Part shown: positions 1-20,964 of the stretch, piece after piece | Position numbering within the stretch: position 1 is the first letter of the stretch | Layout of the letters: each line of letters starts with the position of its first letter | Assembly: GCA_963813535.1 (NCBI GenBank) | Contig: CAWEZH010000002.1 | Span: 64,001 to 128,000, forward strand | DNA: 64,000 nucleotides | Source: an uncultured Chloroflexia bacterium | GTDB lineage: Bacteria; Chloroflexota; Limnocylindria; Limnocylindrales; CSP1-4 | Direction of reading: 5' to 3' | Position numbers and translations under genes: made by a program | The notes under the pieces: model-generated | What the model saw: only the letters and a program-made list of their open reading frames with translations | What the model was told of the DNA's origin: nothing | Databases searched by the model: none

Positions 1-851
1 CGCGCGAGCACATCCTGCTCGCCCGCCAGGTGGAAGTGCCCTACATCGTGGTCTTCCTCAACAAGGTCGACATGGTCGACGACGAGGAGCTGCTTGAACT
101 GGTCGAGCTCGAGGTCCGTGAGCTCCTCAGCAAGTACGACTTCCCGGGTGACGACATCCCGGTCATCCGCGGCAGCGCGCTCAAGGCGCTGGAAGCCGGA
201 GACGACCCGACGGCCGAGGCGTACAAACCCATCCAGGAGCTGATGGACGCGGTCGACTCCTACATCCCGACGCCCGAGCGCGCCATCGACAAGCCGTTCC
301 TGATGGCCGTCGAGGACGTGTTCGGCATCAAGGGCCGGGGCACCGTCCCGACGGGCAGGATCGAGCGCGGCGTCGTCAAGGTCGGCGACGAGGTCGAGCT
401 GGTCGGCGTGAAGCCGACGCGCAAGGTGGTCGTCACCGGCGTCGAGATGTTCGGCAAGACCCTCGATCAGGGCCAGGCCGGCGACAACGTCGGAGCACTG
501 CTGCGCGGGATCGAGCGCGAGGAGATCGAGCGCGGCCAGGTGCTGGCCAAGGCGGGTTCGGTGAAGCCGCATACGAAGTTCAGTGCGCAGGTCTACGTGC
601 TGACCAAGGAGGAGGGCGGCCGCCACACGCCCTTCTACAACGGCTACCGCCCGCAGTTCTACCTGCGCACGACCGACGTGACCGGCGCCATCGGGCTGCC
701 CGACGGGGCCGAGATGATCATGCCCGGCGACAACGTCGAGATGTCGGTCGACCTGATCACCCCCATCGCCCTCGAGGTCGGCCAGCGCTTCGCCATCCGC
801 GAGGGTGGCCGCACGGTCGGCGCCGGGGCCATCACCAAGATCGCCGAGTAG
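1..851 (+). CDS. tuf: Elongation factor Tu, copy 1 (5' truncated by window edge)
   Basis: Frame from nt 3 reads [23 protein letters not shown]...GYRPQFY...[10 protein letters not shown]; near-identical to 16728-17924. Confidence 0.98.
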   Translation, partial: REHILLARQVEVPYIVVFLNKVDMVDDEELLELVELEVRELLSKYDFPGDDIPVIRGSALKALEAGDDPTAEAYKPIQELMDAVDSYIPTPERAIDKPFLMAVEDVFGIKGRGTVPTGRIERGVVKVGDEVELVGVKPTRKVVVTGVEMFGKTLDQGQAGDNVGALLRGIEREEIERGQVLAKAGSVKPHTKFSAQVYVLTKEEGGRHTPFYNGYRPQFYLRTTDVTGAIGLPDGAEMIMPGDNVEMSVDLITPIALEVGQRFAIREGGRTVGAGAITKIAE

Positions 852-857
852 GGACGC

Positions 858-1022
858 ATGGCACGAGTCGAGAACCGTCCGACGATCCAGCTCGCCTGCA
901 CCGAGTGCAAGCAGCGGACCTACACCACGCGCAAGAACAAGAGGAACGATCCGAACCGGATCGAGCTGATGAAATACTGCCCGCGCGAGCGACGGCATAC
1001 ACTTCACCGCGAGGCGAAGTAG
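858..1022 (+). CDS. rpmG: 50S ribosomal protein L33 (not in ORF track)
   Basis: Manual translation [54 protein letters not shown]; tuf-rpmG-secE synteny. Confidence 0.96.
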   Translation: MARVENRPTIQLACTECKQRTYTTRKNKRNDPNRIELMKYCPRERRHTLHREAK

Positions 1023-1042
1023 GCCGACGGCCTCGCCGCCGC

Positions 1043-1118
1043 AGGGGTGTAGCTCAATTGGCAGAGCACTGGTCTCCAAAACCAGCGGTTGTAGGTTCGA
1101 GTCCTATCGCCCCTGCCA
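1043..1118 (+). tRNA. trnW: tRNA-Trp (CCA)
   Basis: 76 nt cloverleaf: acceptor AGGGGTG/CGCCCCT, anticodon arm CTGGT-CTCCAAA-ACCAG, GTTCGAG T loop, encoded 3' CCA; usual site upstream of secE. Confidence 0.97.
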
Positions 1119-1145
1119 GATACCCTGGGAGAGAAGAACCACGAC

Positions 1146-1340
1146 GTGAAGCGACTACGACGCTATTTCGCTGAGGTCTGGTCCGAGCTGAAGAAAGTCA
1201 GCTGGCCGACCCGAGAACAGGTGCGCAACCTGACCGTGCTGGTCTTCGCGATCAGCATCGTGATCGGGGTGTACATCAGCGTCCTCGATCGCGTGTTCGT
1301 CGGCCTGCTGAACCTGATCAGCCCCCCGACGGCGTCGTAG
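1146..1340 (+). CDS. secE: Preprotein translocase subunit SecE
   Basis: ELKKVSWP motif plus one TM helix; upstream of nusG. Confidence 0.95.
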   Translation: MKRLRRYFAEVWSELKKVSWPTREQVRNLTVLVFAISIVIGVYISVLDRVFVGLLNLISPPTAS

Positions 1341-1347
1341 GGACCCG

Positions 1348-1929
1348 ATGATGACCGACATGACCAGCACCACCGAGACCAAGGCGCCCGAGAAGCGGTG
1401 GTACATCATCCATACGTACTCGGGCTACGAGAACAAGGTGAAGACCAATCTCGAGCACCGCATCGAGTCGATGGGCATGGAGGACAAGATCTTCCAGGTC
1501 CTCGTCCCGATGGAGGACGAGATCGAGATCCGGCAGGGCCAGCGGCACACCGTCCAGAAGAAGGTGTACCCGGGCTATGTCCTGGTCGAGATGATCCTCG
1601 ATCCGGACAGCTGGTTCGTCGTCCGCAATACGCCGGGCGTCACCAGTTTCGTCGGCGGCGCCAACATCCCGGGCGTTCGCAGCGAGCCCATCCCGCTGAC
1701 CGAGACCGAGGTCAAGCAGATCCTGCGGCACATGGGCGTCGAGACGCCGAAGTACCGCGTCGCGTTCACCAAGGGCCAGAGCGTCCGGGTCACCGACGGG
1801 CCGTTCGCCGAGTTCATCGGGACGGTCGAGGAGATCAACCCGGAGCGCAACAAGGTCAAGGTCCTGGTGAGCATCTTCGGCCGCGAGACCCCGGTCGAGC
1901 TTGACTTCTTGCAAGTCGAGAAGTTGTAG
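1348..1929 (+). CDS. nusG: Transcription termination/antitermination factor NusG
   Basis: [25 protein letters not shown]-terminal [13 protein letters not shown]. Confidence 0.97.
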   Translation: MMTDMTSTTETKAPEKRWYIIHTYSGYENKVKTNLEHRIESMGMEDKIFQVLVPMEDEIEIRQGQRHTVQKKVYPGYVLVEMILDPDSWFVVRNTPGVTSFVGGANIPGVRSEPIPLTETEVKQILRHMGVETPKYRVAFTKGQSVRVTDGPFAEFIGTVEEINPERNKVKVLVSIFGRETPVELDFLQVEKL

Positions 1930-1947
1930 AAAGGACCGCATCGCCCC

Positions 1948-2373
1948 GTGGCCAAGAAGATCCGCATCGTCCTGACCCTGCAGCTGCCCGCTGGCGCCGC
2001 CACCCCGGCGCCGCCCGTCGGCACCGCACTGGGTCCGCACGGCATCAACATCGTCGAGTTCACCAAGTCGTACAACGAGAAGACGCAGGACAAGCGCGGC
2101 CAGGTGATCCCCGCCCAGATCACGATCTTCGAGGATCGATCGTTCACGTTCATCCTCAAGACCCCGCCCGCTGCCGACCTGCTCCGCAAGGCGGCCGGCA
2201 TCGAGAAGGGATCGGGCCTGACCGGCACCGAGAACGTCGGCCGGGTCACGCGTGACCAGCTTCGCGAGATCGCCGGCGTGAAGATGACCGACCTCAACGC
2301 GAACGACATCGAGGCTGCCGCCAAGCAGATCGAAGGGACGGCTCGGTCCATGGGGATCGACGTCGTCGGCTGA
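1948..2373 (+). CDS. rplK: 50S ribosomal protein L11
   Basis: [20 protein letters not shown]. Confidence 0.98.
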   Translation: MAKKIRIVLTLQLPAGAATPAPPVGTALGPHGINIVEFTKSYNEKTQDKRGQVIPAQITIFEDRSFTFILKTPPAADLLRKAAGIEKGSGLTGTENVGRVTRDQLREIAGVKMTDLNANDIEAAAKQIEGTARSMGIDVVG

Positions 2374-2419
2374 TCCGTCAGCGCACGACGGTGACCTGAC
2401 CCCGGGCACCGCCGACAGA

Positions 2420-2452
2420 CAGCAGGGGAAGGTCGGATGCGCCGACCGAACG
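2420..2452 (+). promoter_or_regulatory. Candidate L1 autoregulatory site before rplA
   Basis: GGGGAA-GGTCGG-ATGCG-CCGACC-GAA hairpin with purine-rich flanks just upstream of the rplA SD (GAGGAG); resembles L1-binding mRNA sites. Confidence 0.4.
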
Positions 2453-2465
2453 AGGAGAACCACAC

Positions 2466-3173
2466 GTGGCACACCGAGGCAAGAAGTACCAGGAGGCGGC
2501 GAAGCTCGTCGACCGCGAGCGCGCCTACGAGCCGGCCGAAGCGGCGGAGCTCGTCAAGCAGACGACGACGGTCAATTTCGACGCGACCATCGAGGCGCAC
2601 ATCCGCGTCGGCGTCGATCCGCGTCATGCCGACCAGATGGTCCGCGGCACCGTCGTCCTGCCGAACGGCACGGGCAAGGTCGTCCGCGTGGTGGTGTTCG
2701 CGCAGGGTGAGAAGGCCCAGGAGGCGCTCCGCGCCGGCGCCGACGAGGTCGGCGGCGAGGACCTCGTCAAGAAGATCGAGGCCGGCTGGCTCGAGTTCGA
2801 CGTCGCGCTCGCGACACCCGATTCGATGGGCCTGGTCGGTCGACTCGGCAAGATCCTCGGTCGGCGCGGCCTCATGCCGAACCCCAAGGCGGGCACGATC
2901 ACCTTCGACCTCGAGCGAGCGATCAAGGAGGTCAAGGGCGGCCGCGTCGAATTCAAGGTCGACAAGGCCGCGATCATCCACGTCGCGGTCGGCAAGAGCA
3001 GCTTCGAGGCGGAGGCGCTGGTCGACAACCTGGCCGCCCTCGTCGATGCCGTGAACCGCGCCAAGCCCTCCGGTGCGAAGGGCCAGTACCTGCGCAACCT
3101 GACCATCACCAGCACGATGGGCCCGGGCATCCGGGTCGACGTGCCGGCCACCCTGGCGGCTGCGGTCGCCTGA
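2466..3173 (+). CDS. rplA: 50S ribosomal protein L1
   Basis: [32 protein letters not shown]. Confidence 0.98.
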   Translation: MAHRGKKYQEAAKLVDRERAYEPAEAAELVKQTTTVNFDATIEAHIRVGVDPRHADQMVRGTVVLPNGTGKVVRVVVFAQGEKAQEALRAGADEVGGEDLVKKIEAGWLEFDVALATPDSMGLVGRLGKILGRRGLMPNPKAGTITFDLERAIKEVKGGRVEFKVDKAAIIHVAVGKSSFEAEALVDNLAALVDAVNRAKPSGAKGQYLRNLTITSTMGPGIRVDVPATLAAAVA

Positions 3174-3177
3174 CCCC

Positions 3178-3670
3178 GCCGGCGGTTCGCCGGCACACGA
3201 GACGCGATGGCGGTCGAGAGATTGGCCATCTGACAAGACAAGACGGACCGCCGCAGACAGCCTGCGTCCGACGTGCGCGACCGATGGGGTCGACGTGCGG
3301 GACTTGATCCGTCGGGCCGGACCGGCCACCGCTGGCATCAGCCAGCCAACGCCGGGGACGACGACGAGCACGCCGAGGCAGTCGGTGCCTCCACCGCATC
3401 GGTGGGTGCGCCCCTGCGAGCCGGGGTCGGCCTCCCTCGGGAGGTTGCCATGGGATCCGTCGCAGGGGACGTCCGGACACACGTCCGGTCGACCCACCGC
3501 CGCACGCCGGTCCGCGTGCTGAAGGAAGGGAGTACCGGCGAGTCAGCCGTTCCCAGATCCAAGGCGGAGCCGAGCACCCGACCGAGCGCACCTTGAGGTG
3601 CGTGAGGGAGCGCGCGGAGGCGACAACGCGGGAGATGGGTGCGGATGACCGCCGCCCCGCTAGGAGGCAC
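3178..3670 (+). promoter_or_regulatory. Long structured rplJ leader (candidate expanded L10 leader)
   Basis: ~500 nt spacer with more than 10 hairpins; CCGCAGACAG at 3251-3260 resembles the L10-leader 5' strand; SD AGGAGG at 3662. Confidence 0.5.
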
Positions 3671-4198
3671 ATGCCAACAGAGGCCAAAGAGGCGATGGTC
3701 GCCGAGCTTCGCGAGGAACTCGCGAAAGCCCGGACGATGATCGTGTCCGAATACCGCGGCCTCACGGTGAAGGAGATCGCCGAGATCCGGCGAGCCTTGA
3801 CGAAGCAGGACGTCAAGTACCGCGTCGTCAAGAACCGCCTGATGCGCATCGCCGCAGCCGACACGCTGGGCGACGCCCTCGACCCGCTCCTGACCGGCCC
3901 GACCGCCATCGCGTTCGGGACCGATGAGGCGGCGACGGCGAAGGCCGTCCTCGATGCCACCCGTCCGTACAACAAGATCGTGCGGATCACCGGCGGCATC
4001 CTCGGCGACCGGGCGATCGACGCTGACGCGGTCACCCGTCTTGCGGCCCTGCCCGCGCGCGAGGTGTTGCTGGCCAAGCTGGCCGGCGGCATGCAGGCGC
4101 CGGTCGGGACGCTGGCCAGCCTCTTCGCGGCGCCACTGCGCAACCTGGGCTACGCCCTCGCGCAGGTCGCCGAACAGAAGCGCCAGGCCGAGGCCTAG
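3671..4198 (+). CDS. rplJ: 50S ribosomal protein L10
   Basis: ATG after AGGAGG; [21 protein letters not shown]. Confidence 0.97.
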   Translation: MPTEAKEAMVAELREELAKARTMIVSEYRGLTVKEIAEIRRALTKQDVKYRVVKNRLMRIAAADTLGDALDPLLTGPTAIAFGTDEAATAKAVLDATRPYNKIVRITGGILGDRAIDADAVTRLAALPAREVLLAKLAGGMQAPVGTLASLFAAPLRNLGYALAQVAEQKRQAEA

Positions 4199-4239
4199 AC
4201 CCGCACCACGAGACCTACCAGACCGACAAGGAGATATCC

Positions 4240-4644
4240 ATGGCTACCGCCCCGTCCCAGGACGACCTGCTCGAAGCGATCGACAAGATGACCGTCCTCG
4301 AGCTTTCCGAGTTCATCAAGAAGTTCGAGGAGCGCTACGGCGTGACCGCGGCCGCTCCGGTCGCCGTCGCTGCTGCGCCCGCAGCGGCCGGTGGTGACGC
4401 CGGCGCGGGTGCCGCTGCCGCGGCCGAGGAACAGACCGAGTTCAGCGCCGTCCTGACCGAAGTCGGCCCGAACAAGATCCCCGTCATCAAGGTCGTCCGT
4501 GAGCTGACCGGCCTGGGCCTCAAGGAGGCCAAGGACCTGGTCGACGCCTCGCCGAAGCCCGTCAAGGAGGGTGTCGCGCGCGACGAAGCCGACAAGATCA
4601 AGGCTGCCCTCGAAGAGCAAGGCGCCAAGGTCGAGGTCAAGTAG
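4240..4644 (+). CDS. rplL: 50S ribosomal protein L7/L12
   Basis: [24 protein letters not shown]. Confidence 0.98.
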   Translation: MATAPSQDDLLEAIDKMTVLELSEFIKKFEERYGVTAAAPVAVAAAPAAAGGDAGAGAAAAAEEQTEFSAVLTEVGPNKIPVIKVVRELTGLGLKEAKDLVDASPKPVKEGVARDEADKIKAALEEQGAKVEVK

Positions 4645-4846
4645 CGAGCGAGTTGGCCGGCGCTTGGGCGGCGCACCCGTGCGTTGCCCAGCCGGCACGA
4701 CCGCTCCGAGGGCCGAGGCGACGCTCTGCTAGCCATCGGCCCGAGGATTCGCCTTCGGCTGCGCTCGCCCGGCGCCGCGCGCCAGACCCAGCGCCGGCAA
4801 GGCAGGAAATCGGTCGTGGGACCCCCATAGCAGAATTCTGGAGGGT

Positions 4847-4874
4847 TTGACAAGATACGAAATCGCGGTATCCT
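4847..4874 (+). promoter_or_regulatory. Sigma70-type promoter for rpoBC
   Basis: TTGACA (4847-4852), 16 nt spacer, TATCCT (4869-4874) in an AT-rich patch. Confidence 0.7.
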
Positions 4875-4935
4875 ACTCCTTCTGTGAGCGCGGCCCCCCA
4901 TTTTCCCTTCGTCCTCCGTCAAGGAGTGGTGTTTC

Positions 4936-8415
<3,480 letters not shown>

Positions 8416-8481
8416 CCGTCATCACAGCAATAGACATCAACCGCTCACCGTTCCTGCGGGGCCGCGTCCCGGCCGACATGA

Positions 8482-13075
<4,594 letters not shown>

Positions 13076-13100
13076 CCGCCGAGCCGATCCTCGCCTGAAC

Positions 13101-13128
13101 CGTGACCCCGGGGCGACCCGGGGTCACG
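13101..13128 (+). terminator. GC-rich hairpin after rpoC (terminator-like, no U tract)
   Basis: 12-bp stem CGTGACCCCGGG/CCCGGGGTCACG with GCGA tetraloop, 26 nt after stop. Confidence 0.5.
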
Positions 13129-13495
13129 TCACGTCGCGGACATCGGGATCGAGCCCGTGCCACGCTCCGACCGCGGCCGGGGCCACCAGTTCGTGCCAAA
13201 AGGTCGCCACATGCACCTTCGGCACGGTCAGCCCGTGATCGTGACGTCGCCGACGGATGGATATGCAGGATCCGGCCCTCAAGGGCCGCGGGACCGCCAC
13301 CCGGTCGCATGAAGATGCAGGGCCCGCACAGCAGCGCCGACGCGCTGGGACCAGTGCGCGCCTCATGCACATATGGCACGAATCGGGTCCGCGCGGCACC
13401 CGCCACGACCGTAGCGGGGCATGTCCGTTGACCGGGACGCGGCACAAGCCTCGACCGTACTTGCGGACCCGACCGCTCCCCGCTCCGCGGTTCGT

Positions 13496-13525
13496 TTGAC
13501 ACTGATTCCGGGCCGCCGATATACT
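13496..13525 (+). promoter_or_regulatory. Sigma70-type promoter for the str operon
   Basis: TTGACA (13496-13501), 18 nt, TATACT (13520-13525). Confidence 0.8.
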
Positions 13526-13709
13526 CCGCGTTCGTGGCCTCGGGAGGGGTCCGCCTTCGGCGCGTGCGCCGAGACCCATTTCCGCCACCATCACACATCA
13601 TCTCCGGTCCCGACCGGACCGCCCATGCGGGCGCGATCCGGTGACGCTGGACCGGCCCCCGCGGTCGGGGCTGACCGCCCCGTATCGACATATGAGGAGC
13701 AGCGTCTTC

Positions 13710-14120
13710 GTGCCGACGATCAGCCAGCTCGTGCGACACGGTCGCCAGACCAAGACCAAGAAGGTCAAGGCGCCCGCGATGCGCAAGAACTGGAACAGCC
13801 TGCGACGCCGTCAGGTGTCGATCCCGGGCGCCCCGCAGAAGCGTGGAGTCTGTCTCCAGGTGCGCACGATGACGCCGAAGAAGCCGAACTCCGCCCTGCG
13901 CAAGATCGCGCGCGTCCGGCTGTCGAACCAGATGGAGGTCACGGCCTACATCCCGGGGATCGGTCACAACCTGCAGGAGCACTCGGTGGTCCTGGTCCGT
14001 GGCGGTCGGGTCAAGGACCTGCCCTCGGTCAAGTACCACATCATCCGCGGCACCCTCGACGCTGCCGGCGTGCGCGACCGCAAGCAGGGTCGTAGCAAGT
14101 ACGGCGCGAAGGCGAAGTAG
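13710..14120 (+). CDS. rpsL: 30S ribosomal protein S12
   Basis: GTG start (M)PTISQLVR after GAGGAG; [18 protein letters not shown]. Confidence 0.98.
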   Translation: MPTISQLVRHGRQTKTKKVKAPAMRKNWNSLRRRQVSIPGAPQKRGVCLQVRTMTPKKPNSALRKIARVRLSNQMEVTAYIPGIGHNLQEHSVVLVRGGRVKDLPSVKYHIIRGTLDAAGVRDRKQGRSKYGAKAK

Positions 14121-14133
14121 GGAAGCCCGAGCC

Positions 14134-14601
14134 ATGCCGCGACGTACGAGCATCCCGCGCAAGACCAAGTACGAGGTCGTGCCGGCCAACCAAATCACGC
14201 ACCGGTTCTCAGCCAAGCTCATGAAGGGCGGCAAGCAGAACCTCGCCGAGCGGATCCTTCGCCAGGCGCTCGCCCGCGCCGAGGCGCAGGCGGGCCGTCC
14301 CGGACTCGAGATCCTCGAGGCGGCGATGCGCAACGCGACCCCCATCATCGAGGTCAAGCCCCGCCGTGTCGGTGGTGCGACCTATCAGGTCCCGGTCGAG
14401 ATCCGGGGCGATCGCCGGCTGTCGCTCGGTGTCCGCTGGCTCGTCCAGGCGGCCCGCAAGCGGAGCGGCAAGAGCATGAGTGAGAAGCTCGCCGCCGAAT
14501 TCGTCGACGCCATGAACGGCCTCGGCGCCGCGGTGAAGCGCCGCGAAGACACGCACAAGATGGCCGAGGCGAACCGCGCCTTCAGCCATTTCAAGTGGTA
14601 G
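14134..14601 (+). CDS. rpsG: 30S ribosomal protein S7
   Basis: RRVGGATYQVP, HKMAEANRAF. Confidence 0.97.
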   Translation: MPRRTSIPRKTKYEVVPANQITHRFSAKLMKGGKQNLAERILRQALARAEAQAGRPGLEILEAAMRNATPIIEVKPRRVGGATYQVPVEIRGDRRLSLGVRWLVQAARKRSGKSMSEKLAAEFVDAMNGLGAAVKRREDTHKMAEANRAFSHFKW

Positions 14602-14622
14602 ACGCAGGAGCCTAGGAAGACC

Positions 14623-16713
<2,091 letters not shown>

Positions 16714-16727
16714 GGAGCACAAGCACG

Positions 16728-17924
16728 ATGGCCAAGAAGAAGTTCGAGCGCACCAAGCCGCACGTCAATATCGGCACGATCGGCCACATCGACCACGGCA
16801 AGACCTCGCTGACGGCCGCCATCACCAAGTACCTGGCGCTCAAGGGCGAGGCCGAGTACCGCGCCTTCGAGTCGATCGACAACGCGCCCGAGGAGCGCGA
16901 GCGGGGCATCACCATCGCCATCGCCCACGTCGAGTACGAGACCGACGCGCGCCACTACGCCCACGTCGACTGCCCGGGCCACGCCGACTACATCAAGAAC
17001 ATGATCACCGGCGCCGCGCAGATGGACGGCGCCATCCTGGTGGTGGCCGCGACCGACGGGCCGATGCCCCAGACGCGCGAGCACATCCTGCTCGCCCGCC
17101 AGGTCGAGGTGCCCTACATCGTGGTCTTCCTCAACAAGGTCGACATGGTCGACGACGAGGAGCTGCTCGACCTGGTCGAGCTCGAGGTCCGCGAGCTCTT
17201 GTCCAAGTACGAGTTCCCGGGCGACGACATCCCGGTCATCCGCGGCAGCGCGCTGAAGGCCCTGGAGGCCCCCGACGACCCGTCCAACGACGCGTACAAG
17301 CCCATCCAGGAGCTGATGGACGCGGTCGACTCCTACATCCCCACCCCCGAGCGGGCGGTCGATCGGCCGTTCCTCATGCCGGTCGAGGACGTGTTCGGCA
17401 TCAAGGGCCGGGGCACCGTCGCCACCGGGCGCATCGAGCGCGGCATCGTCAAGGTCGGCGACGAGGTCGAGCTGGTCGGCGTCAAGCCGACCCGCAAGAT
17501 CGTGGTCACCGGCGTGGAGATGTTCAAGAAGCTGCTCGACGAGGGCCAGGCCGGCGACAACGTGGGCTGCCTCATCCGGGGCATCGAGCGCGACGAGATC
17601 GAGCGCGGCCAGGTGCTGGCCAAGTCGGGCTCCATCAAGCCCGGCACCAAGTTCAGTGCCCAGGTCTACGTGCTGACCAAGGAGGAGGGCGGCCGCCACA
17701 CGCCCTTCTACAACGGCTACCGCCCGCAGTTCTACCTGCGCACGACCGACGTGACCGGCGCCATCGGGCTGCCCGACGGGGCCGAGATGATCATGCCCGG
17801 CGACAACGTCGAGATGTCGGTCGACCTGATCACCCCCATCGCCCTCGAGGTCGGCCAGCGCTTCGCCATCCGCGAGGGTGGCCGCACGGTCGGCGCCGGG
17901 GCCATCACCAAGATCGCCGAGTAG
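16728..17924 (+). CDS. tuf: Elongation factor Tu, copy 2
   Basis: [20 protein letters not shown]. Confidence 0.99.
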   Translation: MAKKKFERTKPHVNIGTIGHIDHGKTSLTAAITKYLALKGEAEYRAFESIDNAPEERERGITIAIAHVEYETDARHYAHVDCPGHADYIKNMITGAAQMDGAILVVAATDGPMPQTREHILLARQVEVPYIVVFLNKVDMVDDEELLDLVELEVRELLSKYEFPGDDIPVIRGSALKALEAPDDPSNDAYKPIQELMDAVDSYIPTPERAVDRPFLMPVEDVFGIKGRGTVATGRIERGIVKVGDEVELVGVKPTRKIVVTGVEMFKKLLDEGQAGDNVGCLIRGIERDEIERGQVLAKSGSIKPGTKFSAQVYVLTKEEGGRHTPFYNGYRPQFYLRTTDVTGAIGLPDGAEMIMPGDNVEMSVDLITPIALEVGQRFAIREGGRTVGAGAITKIAE

Positions 17925-17930
17925 GGACGC

Positions 17931-18239
17931 ATGGCGAAGCAGCGGATCCGGATCCGCCTCAAGGCCTACGACCACCGACTGCTCGATCAGTCGGCGGCGC
18001 AGATCGTCGAGACCGCCCAGCGCACCGGCGCGGACGTGCTCGGCCCGGTGCCGCTGCCCACCCGCATCGAGAAGTTCACCGTGTTGCGCTCGCCGTTCAT
18101 CGACAAGGACTCCCGGGAGCAGTTCGAGATCCGCACCCACAAGCGGCTCGTCGACATCCTGGATCCGAGCTCGAAGACCGTCGACGCCCTGATGCGACTC
18201 AGCCTTGCCGCTGGCGTCGACATCGAGATCAAGATGTGA
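17931..18239 (+). CDS. rpsJ: 30S ribosomal protein S10
   Basis: [16 protein letters not shown]. Confidence 0.98.
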   Translation: MAKQRIRIRLKAYDHRLLDQSAAQIVETAQRTGADVLGPVPLPTRIEKFTVLRSPFIDKDSREQFEIRTHKRLVDILDPSSKTVDALMRLSLAAGVDIEIKM

Positions 18240-18862
18240 TGAGTATCGGACTCATCGGCCGCAAGGTCGGGATGACGCAGGTGTTCCAGGACGACGGGAC
18301 GATGGTCGCGGTGAGTGTGCTCGCCATCGAACCGAACACCGTCACGCGCTTGCGCACCAGCGAGCGCGACGGCTACACGGCCGTCCAGCTTGGCGCCGAG
18401 CCGGCCAGGAAGCTCAGCAAGCCCGAGGCGGGCCAGCTCAAGAGCCTGCCCAAGGCAGCCCAGAGTCTCGCCACGCTGCGCGAGTTCCGCGTGGACAGCG
18501 TGGATGAGTACGAGATCGGTCAGACGGTTTCGATCTCCGACCTGTTCGATGCGGGCGACGATGTCGACGTGTCGGGGGTCTCGAAGGGCAAGGGCTTTGC
18601 CGGACACATCAAGCGCCACAACTTCCACCGTGGCCCGAAGACCCACGGTTCGGACCATCACCGCGAGCCCGGCTCGATCGGACCGGGCACCACGCCCGGC
18701 CGCGTCTACAAGGGCGTGAAGATGGCCGGCCATATGGGCGACGAGACCGTGACCATCAAGAAGGTGCGCATCGTGCGCACGGATCCCGAGCGCAACCTGC
18801 TGCTTGTGGCTGGCAGCCTGCCCGGCGCGCGCGGCTCGCTCATCCTGGTCAGGAAGGCCTGA
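18239..18862 (+). CDS. rplC: 50S ribosomal protein L3
   Basis: [21 protein letters not shown]. Confidence 0.98.
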   Translation: MSIGLIGRKVGMTQVFQDDGTMVAVSVLAIEPNTVTRLRTSERDGYTAVQLGAEPARKLSKPEAGQLKSLPKAAQSLATLREFRVDSVDEYEIGQTVSISDLFDAGDDVDVSGVSKGKGFAGHIKRHNFHRGPKTHGSDHHREPGSIGPGTTPGRVYKGVKMAGHMGDETVTIKKVRIVRTDPERNLLLVAGSLPGARGSLILVRKA

Positions 18863-18864
18863 CG

Positions 18865-19512
18865 ATGCCGTCGACCCCTCTCTACGACCGCACCGGCAAG
18901 ACCGTCGGCAACGTGGACCTCAGCGATGCGCTGTTCGCCGCCCCGGTCAATACCGCGGTCCTGCATCAGGTCGTGACCGCCCAGCTGGCCGCGCGCCGGC
19001 TCGGCACGCACGACACCCGTACGCGCGGTGAGATCCGCGGCGGCGGTCGCAAGCCGTATCGCCAGAAGGGCACCGGCCGTGCCCGCCAGGGCAGCCTGAG
19101 CGCACCGCACTACCGCGGTGGTGGCACCGTGTTCGGACCGCACCCGCGGTCGTACGAGCAGCGGCTCCCGCGTAAGATGAAGCGCCTCGCGCTGCGTGGC
19201 GCGCTGACGGCCAAGTTCGGTGACGAGCAGCTCAAGGTCATCGACGGCTTTGGGCTCGATGCCATCAAGACCAAGGAACTCGTCGGCGTCCTCACGGCGC
19301 TCGACGCGACGGGCCGCGTGCTCCTCGTTGCGCCCGGTCGCGACCAGAACCTGGAACTGTCGGCCCGCAACCTGCCCACGGTCAACGTGATCCTCGCCGA
19401 CTCACTCAACGTGGTCGACCTCATCGCTGCCGACCTCGTCCTCATCGAGCAGCCCGCGCTGGCTCGGATGGAGAGCGTGTACGGCGATGCCGGCAAGGAG
19501 GTGGAGGCGTGA
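18865..19512 (+). CDS. rplD: 50S ribosomal protein L4
   Basis: [14 protein letters not shown]. Confidence 0.98.
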   Translation: MPSTPLYDRTGKTVGNVDLSDALFAAPVNTAVLHQVVTAQLAARRLGTHDTRTRGEIRGGGRKPYRQKGTGRARQGSLSAPHYRGGGTVFGPHPRSYEQRLPRKMKRLALRGALTAKFGDEQLKVIDGFGLDAIKTKELVGVLTALDATGRVLLVAPGRDQNLELSARNLPTVNVILADSLNVVDLIAADLVLIEQPALARMESVYGDAGKEVEA

Positions 19513-19823
19513 GCGAGTTGACCGCCGCCGACATCATCGTCCGCCCCGTCGTGAGCGAGAAGTCCATCGACGAGTCCGGGCGCGGCAAGTACACGTTCGC
19601 CGTGCACGAGCGCGCCAACAAGATCCAGATCAAGGCGGCCGTCGAGGAGCTCTACAAGAAGGAGGGCGTGACCGTCATCGCGGTCAACGTCCTGACCACG
19701 AAGGCCAAGGAGAAGCGACGCGGGACGCGGCGCGGTCGGATCGTCGGCCACACCACGCCGTGGCGCAAGGCCATCGTCACCCTGGCCCCGGGCCAGAAGA
19801 TCGAATTCTTCGAGGGGGTCTGA
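19509..19823 (+). CDS. rplW: 50S ribosomal protein L23
   Basis: [26 protein letters not shown]. Confidence 0.97.
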   Translation: MSELTAADIIVRPVVSEKSIDESGRGKYTFAVHERANKIQIKAAVEELYKKEGVTVIAVNVLTTKAKEKRRGTRRGRIVGHTTPWRKAIVTLAPGQKIEFFEGV

Positions 19824-19825
19824 CG

Positions 19826-20653
19826 ATGCCGCTGCGCAGTTACAAGCCGACGTCGCCGGGTCTCCGCCAGATGACCCGCTCCACGTTCGAGGAGATCACC
19901 ACCAAGGAGCCGTACAAGCCCCTGCTCGAGCCGCAGAAGCGCGGCTCCGGGCGGAACAACCAGGGCCGCCTCTCCGTGCGCCATCGTGGCGGTGGCGAGA
20001 AGCAGCATTACCGGCGCATCGACTTCAAGCGGGACAAGACCGGCGTACCCGCCCGCGTCGCGACGATCGAGTACGACCCCAACCGCTCCGCGCGGATCGG
20101 GCTCCTGCACTATCGCGACGGCGACAAGCGCTACATGCTGCTGCCCCACGGGCTGCGCGTCGGCGATGTCGTCGTGTCCGGTGCGGACGCGGAGGCCCGC
20201 GTCGGCAATGCCCTGCCGCTGGCCAACATCCCGCTCGGCACCACGATCCACAACATCGAGCTGACGCCCGGCAAGGGCGGCCAGATCGTGCGTTCGGCCG
20301 GCACCTCCGCCCAGCTCCTCGCGAAGGAAGGTGGCTACGCCACGGTGCGCATGCCGTCGGGCGAGATGCGCCGTATCCCGATGGCCTGCATGGCCACGGT
20401 CGGCCAGGTCAGCAACCTCGATCACGAGAACCAGAACCTCGGCAAGGCCGGCCGCGCCCGGCACATGGGCCAGCGCCCGGAGGTCCGCGGGGTCGTCATG
20501 AACCCGCGCGACCATCCGCATGGCGGTGGCGAGGGCAAGTCCCCGACCGGGATGCCGCCCAAGACGCCGTGGGGCCAGCCCGCGATGGGCTACCGCACCC
20601 GGCGGTCGAAGACGACCGGACGCCTCATCGTCCGCTCGCGGCATCGCAAGTAG
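19826..20653 (+). CDS. rplB: 50S ribosomal protein L2
   Basis: [22 protein letters not shown]. Confidence 0.98.
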   Translation: MPLRSYKPTSPGLRQMTRSTFEEITTKEPYKPLLEPQKRGSGRNNQGRLSVRHRGGGEKQHYRRIDFKRDKTGVPARVATIEYDPNRSARIGLLHYRDGDKRYMLLPHGLRVGDVVVSGADAEARVGNALPLANIPLGTTIHNIELTPGKGGQIVRSAGTSAQLLAKEGGYATVRMPSGEMRRIPMACMATVGQVSNLDHENQNLGKAGRARHMGQRPEVRGVVMNPRDHPHGGGEGKSPTGMPPKTPWGQPAMGYRTRRSKTTGRLIVRSRHRK

Positions 20654-20671
20654 GCGGGGAGGTAGGAGTCG

Positions 20672-20956
20672 ATGTCCCGTTCCATCAAGAAGGGCCCGTT
20701 CGTCGAGGCCCGCCTTCTCGGCCGGATCGAGGAGATGAACAAACGCAACGAGAAGAAGGTCGTCAAGACCTGGTCGCGTGCGTCGGTGATCTTCCCGACG
20801 TTCATCGGCCACACCATCGCCGTCTACAACGGCAAGAAGCATGTGCCGGTCTACGTGACCGAGAATATGGTCGGCCACCGACTCGGTGAGTTCAGCCCGA
20901 CCCGCAACTACCGCGGGCACGGTCGGCACACCGAGCGCTCGACGGCGCTGAAGTAG
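20672..20956 (+). CDS. rpsS: 30S ribosomal protein S19
   Basis: [17 protein letters not shown]. Confidence 0.98.
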   Translation: MSRSIKKGPFVEARLLGRIEEMNKRNEKKVVKTWSRASVIFPTFIGHTIAVYNGKKHVPVYVTENMVGHRLGEFSPTRNYRGHGRHTERSTALK

Positions 20957-20964
20957 GCCTGCCG

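Noticed and set aside
3515-3535. GAAGGAAG resembling SRP RNA domain IV
   Set aside because: Lacks the CAGG..GGAA..AGCAG context of SRP RNA.
13374-13390. TGGCACG as a sigma54 promoter
   Set aside because: No TTGC -12 element at the required spacing.
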